The notes under the pieces: model-generated
What the model was told of the DNA's origin: nothing
Database searches by the model: none
What the model saw: only the letters and a program-made list of their open reading frames with translations
From: Rebecca billardiae RCC1528
Lineage: Eukaryota > Protista > Haptophyta
DNA: 64,000 nucleotides
Reading direction: 5' to 3'
Assembly (NCBI GenBank): GCA_965240325.2
Contig: OZ251224.1
Location: 1,612,001-1,676,000, forward strand
Shown: in pieces, positions 60,008-64,000 of the stretch
How the letters are laid out: each line of letters starts with the position of its first letter
How positions within the stretch are numbered: the stretch's first letter is position 1
Translations under genes and position numbers: made by a program

Positions 60008-62521
60008 ATGGCGTCGGCCTACTACTATCGCGCTCGGGGACACACAACCATCTCGCCCGGCTGCTGCGCCCTGCCCGTCGACTTGACCGCTGCTGAGGCT
60101 TCCAGCCCGTTTCGAGCATGCGCCTGCGTGCGCCTCGCTGCACCTCGGGGGATGGGGGCGAGCGACGACGCGCCCACCACGCTTCTCCGACCGGCGGGGC
60201 CGAGAGTGGCGGGCCCGGAGGATGCGAGCGACGAGGAAATCCTTGTGTGCCCCGAGGCGGGCGTGGTAGACGCCGAGCGAGACGTGGAGGTTGAGATCAC
60301 ACCCATACCCGCGCATGCCGTGCGCGAATGGGCACGCGTGCTGCTCACGCCCCTCGTGCCCCTGCCGCCGTTTCGGCTGCCGGATGCTTACAGGCTGCGC
60401 GAGCTGCTGGCACGCGTGCTGCCGAGCGGCGCCGAGGTGCACCCGTGGAGCTCGGCGTGCCACTGCGCGCACCCGCTGGTGCGTCATGCCGCGGTCATTC
60501 GCGTGCCCGTCGACGTTGACGGCGCCCTCGAGGACGTGAGCTTCGTGTGCCGGTGTGAGCCACACGACGCGGAGGCGGACGCGGCGGGCGACTCGGCCGG
60601 CGGCCCGGCCTTGTCGGCCACGGCCGCCGCCGACCTAACATCCTGGGGTCACGTCTCGGCCGCGACCCTTGTGGCCGCCGCGCCGACGTGGCCCGGCGCG
60701 TGGCGCCTTGCTCCGCCGCCCGTCTGGCCCTCGCCTCAGCTGGCTGAGCCGCAGCCCGCGCCGTCTTACAGGCCCGGCGCATGGGGCGTCGAGGCCGCGC
60801 GCTGCGCCGCGCTCGTTCGCGCCGGCCTGCGCGCCGACGCTGCGGCGCTCGCGGCGTGGCCCCCGGGCCTCGCCCGGCCGACGGCCATCCTGCTGTCCGG
60901 CCCTGCCGGCGTGGGCAAGAGCACGCTCGTGCGCGAGATCGCCGCTCGCGCGCGCGCGCAGCTCCTCGAGCTGAGCGCCTACGACGTGTTTGGCGACGGG
61001 CTGCCGCAGCGGCCCGCAGCCGAGGAGCGCCTGCGCTCCGCGTTTGCCATGGCGCGCGCGTGCGCGCCGTGCGTGCTCGTCTTGGACCACGTGGACGCGC
61101 TCGTGCCCGCGTCGGCGGGGCTGGAGGAGGCGGACGAGCATACCGCCGTGCTCGCCCGATTGCTCTCCGAGCTCGATGCGCTCGCTGACGACAGCGCCGC
61201 CAGCGATGGCGGCAGCGATGGGGTCGTCGTCATCGGCACGACGTGCCGCGCGCCGCGCGTGCACGCGCTCGCGCGCTCGGCGGCAGCATTCGCCGACCTC
61301 GTGGCGCTCGAGCACCCGCCCCCCGAGGCGCGTGCGGAGCTGCTGCGCGCGTGCATAGCGGACGCCGGGTGCGAGCTCGCCGAGCCAGCTGATCGGTCGG
61401 AGCTCGAGCCGCTCGCGCGGCAGCTGCACGGGTACGTCGCAGCAGACATGGCCGCGCTCGTGCAGGCCGCCGCCGACGTGGCCGCGCGCGAGGAGGGCGA
61501 CGGCGAGGCCGGGGCGGCGCGTGCGCGCGTGCTCAGCGTCGCGCGGCTCGACGCCGCCGCGCGCGAGCGCACCCCTTCCGCCCTGCTCGACCTCGACGGC
61601 GCGCGGCCGCCCATGCCCACCGTGCGCTGGAGCGACGTGGGCGGACTGGACGCCGCCAAGGCCGCCCTCGCCGAGATGGTGATCTGGCCGCAGACGCACG
61701 AGCAGCTGCTCGACGAGCTCGGCGTCGAGATGGCGCACGGCGCGCTGCTGTACGGCCCGCCGGGCACGGGCAAGACGCTGCTGGCGCAGGCAATGGCCTC
61801 CGAGTCCAGGCTCAACTTCCTCAGCGTGAGCATCCCCGACCTGGTCAAGGGCGACGTGGGAGGCTCGGAGCAGGCCGTGGCGCGTGTGTTTGCGCGCGCG
61901 CGAGAGCTCGCGCCCAGTCTGGTGCTGCTCGACGAGCTGCAGGCGATGTTCGGGCGGCGGCACGGCGCGGCGCTGCCGGGCGGAGCGGACCCGCACGCCC
62001 CGCCCGAGCGCACGAGCCCGGCCGGCCGCACCGACCCCTCGGCCTCGAAGATGCTCGCCCAGCTGCTGCTTGAGATGGACACGTGCCGCGCGGGCTGGGC
62101 GCACGCGCGCGTCGTCGTCGTGGGGACGACCAACATGCCGGACGCGCTCGATCCGAGCCTGCTGCAGCCCGGCCGTTTCGAGCACGTGCTGCTGGTGCCG
62201 CCGCCGGATGAGCGTGGGCGGGAGGCCATCCTGCGCGGCCTGCTCGCGCGCACGCCGCTCGCTCCGCTCCCGCCCGCCGAGCACGCGCATGGCGCAGACG
62301 ACGACCGCGCAGGCGCGCTCGCCGGCTGGCTCGCGGCGCGCACCGAGGGCCTCACGGGCGCCGATCTGACCAGCCTCGTGCGACAGGCGGTCCACCTGGG
62401 GATCGAAGCGCGCGCGCGGTCCCTCGAGCGAGCGCATCTCGAGCGGGCGCTCGCGACGCACAGGCCGTCCGTGGATGCCGCGATGATGCGCGATCTCGAG
62501 CGTTGGGCCGCGCAGCAGTGA
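60008..62521 (+). CDS. Double AAA+ ATPase, CDC48/AFG2 (SPATA5-like) family
   Basis: LLSGPAGVGKS; WSDVGGL; LLYGPPGTGKTLLA; LLDELQ; TNMPDALDPSLLQPGRFE; GLTGADL. Confidence 0.9.
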   Translation: MASAYYYRARGHTTISPGCCALPVDLTAAEASSPFRACACVRLAAPRGMGASDDAPTTLLRPAGPRVAGPEDASDEEILVCPEAGVVDAERDVEVEITPIPAHAVREWARVLLTPLVPLPPFRLPDAYRLRELLARVLPSGAEVHPWSSACHCAHPLVRHAAVIRVPVDVDGALEDVSFVCRCEPHDAEADAAGDSAGGPALSATAAADLTSWGHVSAATLVAAAPTWPGAWRLAPPPVWPSPQLAEPQPAPSYRPGAWGVEAARCAALVRAGLRADAAALAAWPPGLARPTAILLSGPAGVGKSTLVREIAARARAQLLELSAYDVFGDGLPQRPAAEERLRSAFAMARACAPCVLVLDHVDALVPASAGLEEADEHTAVLARLLSELDALADDSAASDGGSDGVVVIGTTCRAPRVHALARSAAAFADLVALEHPPPEARAELLRACIADAGCELAEPADRSELEPLARQLHGYVAADMAALVQAAADVAAREEGDGEAGAARARVLSVARLDAAARERTPSALLDLDGARPPMPTVRWSDVGGLDAAKAALAEMVIWPQTHEQLLDELGVEMAHGALLYGPPGTGKTLLAQAMASESRLNFLSVSIPDLVKGDVGGSEQAVARVFARARELAPSLVLLDELQAMFGRRHGAALPGGADPHAPPERTSPAGRTDPSASKMLAQLLLEMDTCRAGWAHARVVVVGTTNMPDALDPSLLQPGRFEHVLLVPPPDERGREAILRGLLARTPLAPLPPAEHAHGADDDRAGALAGWLAARTEGLTGADLTSLVRQAVHLGIEARARSLERAHLERALATHRPSVDAAMMRDLERWAAQQ

Positions 62522-62541
62522 CAATAATTATTAATATAATA

Positions 62542-63992
62542 ATGACCGCGTTCCGCGGTCTTTTTCCGTAGAACGAACGTAGTTCGGGGCCCGCGGCGCA
62601 CCCTCCGTCGGCTGCTGTCTCAGTCTGACATGTGTAACAGTTCGCCTGAGCTGCCACCGCCAACTCAGTCACTGCCGCCCACCGGGCCGGCGGGCCGAGG
62701 ACTGTCGCCGCGGGTCCGCGGGCCGCCGCGGGGACTAGCGGCCGGCGCGCGCGCGCAGGCAGGGCGAGAGGCGCTGGCGCGGCGCGAGCCGGCGCGTGCG
62801 CGCGAGCGGGCGCACCTGCTTGAGGTACTCGCCCTGCGCCATGCGCTCGACGACGGGCCGCTGGTCGCTCGTGCCGGCAGAGCGAGAGCGCGCGCCACTG
62901 CTGGCCCCGGCCTGCCGGCTGCGCAGCCTCGCACCGAGACCGACCGAGCGGAGCTCGGGGCGGTGGAACGAGGCGAGCGGCGCGTCGCGCCTGCCGCCGC
63001 GCGTGCGCGCCTGCTCCACCGCGCCGCCGTGCTCGCCCGCCGCCTCCTCCGCCGCGTCGGCCTCGAAGACGGCGGCTGCCAGCGGCAGGCTGAGCCGCGC
63101 GCCGGCTCACTCACACTGTGAGTCACACCCGCGGTCGCCTCGACGGCCAACTATCCACAGCTGCTCGAGCTGCTGGAGGGCGCCGCGACGATGGCGGCGC
63201 GGGCGCCCAGCGCGTCCGTTGCCGCGTCGCTCAGCTCGTCGAGCTCGGCGCCGCACTTCGCCAGCTTGGCGCCTAGCGCCTCCGCGTGTCACGTGCTCGT
63301 GCACGTCAGCCTGCTGATACGCCGCCGCCCATCGGCACTCCTGGCATCTGCGCGCGCAGCTGCTGCAGCTCGACGGCGGAGTCGTCGCGGCTGGCGGCGA
63401 GGGTGCGCACCGCGTCGATTGCCGAGGCCTGCAGCCCGGTGATCGCCGCGTCGACGCGCGCGGCGATTTCCCCACGCAGCTCCTCGCGCCACGTGGCCGC
63501 CGCTCGCGTGGCAGGCAGCTGGGCACCGCTGCGCGACCCGGAACCGGCGCGCGTTTCACTGATGCTCCTGCTCGTCCTCACGCTGCTGCACCTCCGCGCC
63601 GCCGTCGACCGAGTTGAGGAGGAGCTCGCGCTCGGCGTCGAGGCGCGAGCTCGCGTGCTCGAGCTCGCCCTTCAGCCGCGCGAGCTCTGGGCGCATCCGG
63701 CTCATCAGCTCTGGCCGCGCCGCTCGCTCGCAGCGGCGCGCTCTGCTCCGGGCGGCGAGCGACGAGCTCGCGTGCTCCGGACTCGGCTCGCCCTTGCGCG
63801 CTGCTCCTCGAGTGACGAACGCGCCCGCGGGCAGGTTGTTGCCCGTCGCCCCCGCCGCGATCTCGCCGCCCCCGCCGCGATCTCGTCGCGCATGCTCCGT
63901 GGCCGTGCGCAGCGCGACGCAACTGGTGCGCGCGCTCCGTGTCTGGCGCGCGCCTAGTAGCGGCAGCGAGGCTTGTTTATTTACTATGGTCA
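62542..63992. mobile_element. Hairpin-ended element without TSD, copy 2, carrying a decayed coiled-coil coding fragment on the minus strand
   Basis: Ends shared with 39089-40410; internal frameshifted ELARLKGELEH..WREELRGEIAARVDAAI. Confidence 0.7.
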
Positions 63993-64000
63993 TGTGCTTA

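Overview
A very GC-rich eukaryotic nuclear region. Short GTGCG...GCAG introns and several genes with signal-peptide-plus-transit leaders suggest an alga with a secondary plastid, most like a haptophyte (inference). About 22 protein genes are recognisable: a secreted PPC-LNR-kringle protein, organellar ThrRS, MYND finger, VTE6/DUF92, a polycystin-like TM fragment, DUF1995, an SDR, MRPL24, RNase H2C, an enoyl-CoA isomerase, derlin, a Patched/NPC1-like protein with ShK, PSMA5, a Trx-NTR fusion, an EXECUTER-like protein, a GT-like protein, PUB, an MFS/GPH transporter, a sulfotransferase-like/His-phosphatase fusion, DHHC, FUN14-like, ABM/LsrG-like, DM10/EFHC and a double-AAA ATPase. Most sit in tight head-to-head pairs. 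Tail-to-tail gaps hold microsatellites, MITEs, a 3x734-bp tandem triplication and decayed repeats. The most unusual signals are: (i) two elements with the same ends, a terminal hairpin, no TSD and different cargo (39089-40410, 62542-63992); (ii) an intergenic mutational signature of short duplications with filler, readable from diverged repeat copies; (iii) a repeated ~110-bp GNRA-looped structured motif. No rRNA, convincing tRNA, CRISPR array or intact transposase was seen. All family calls are by eye, without database searches.
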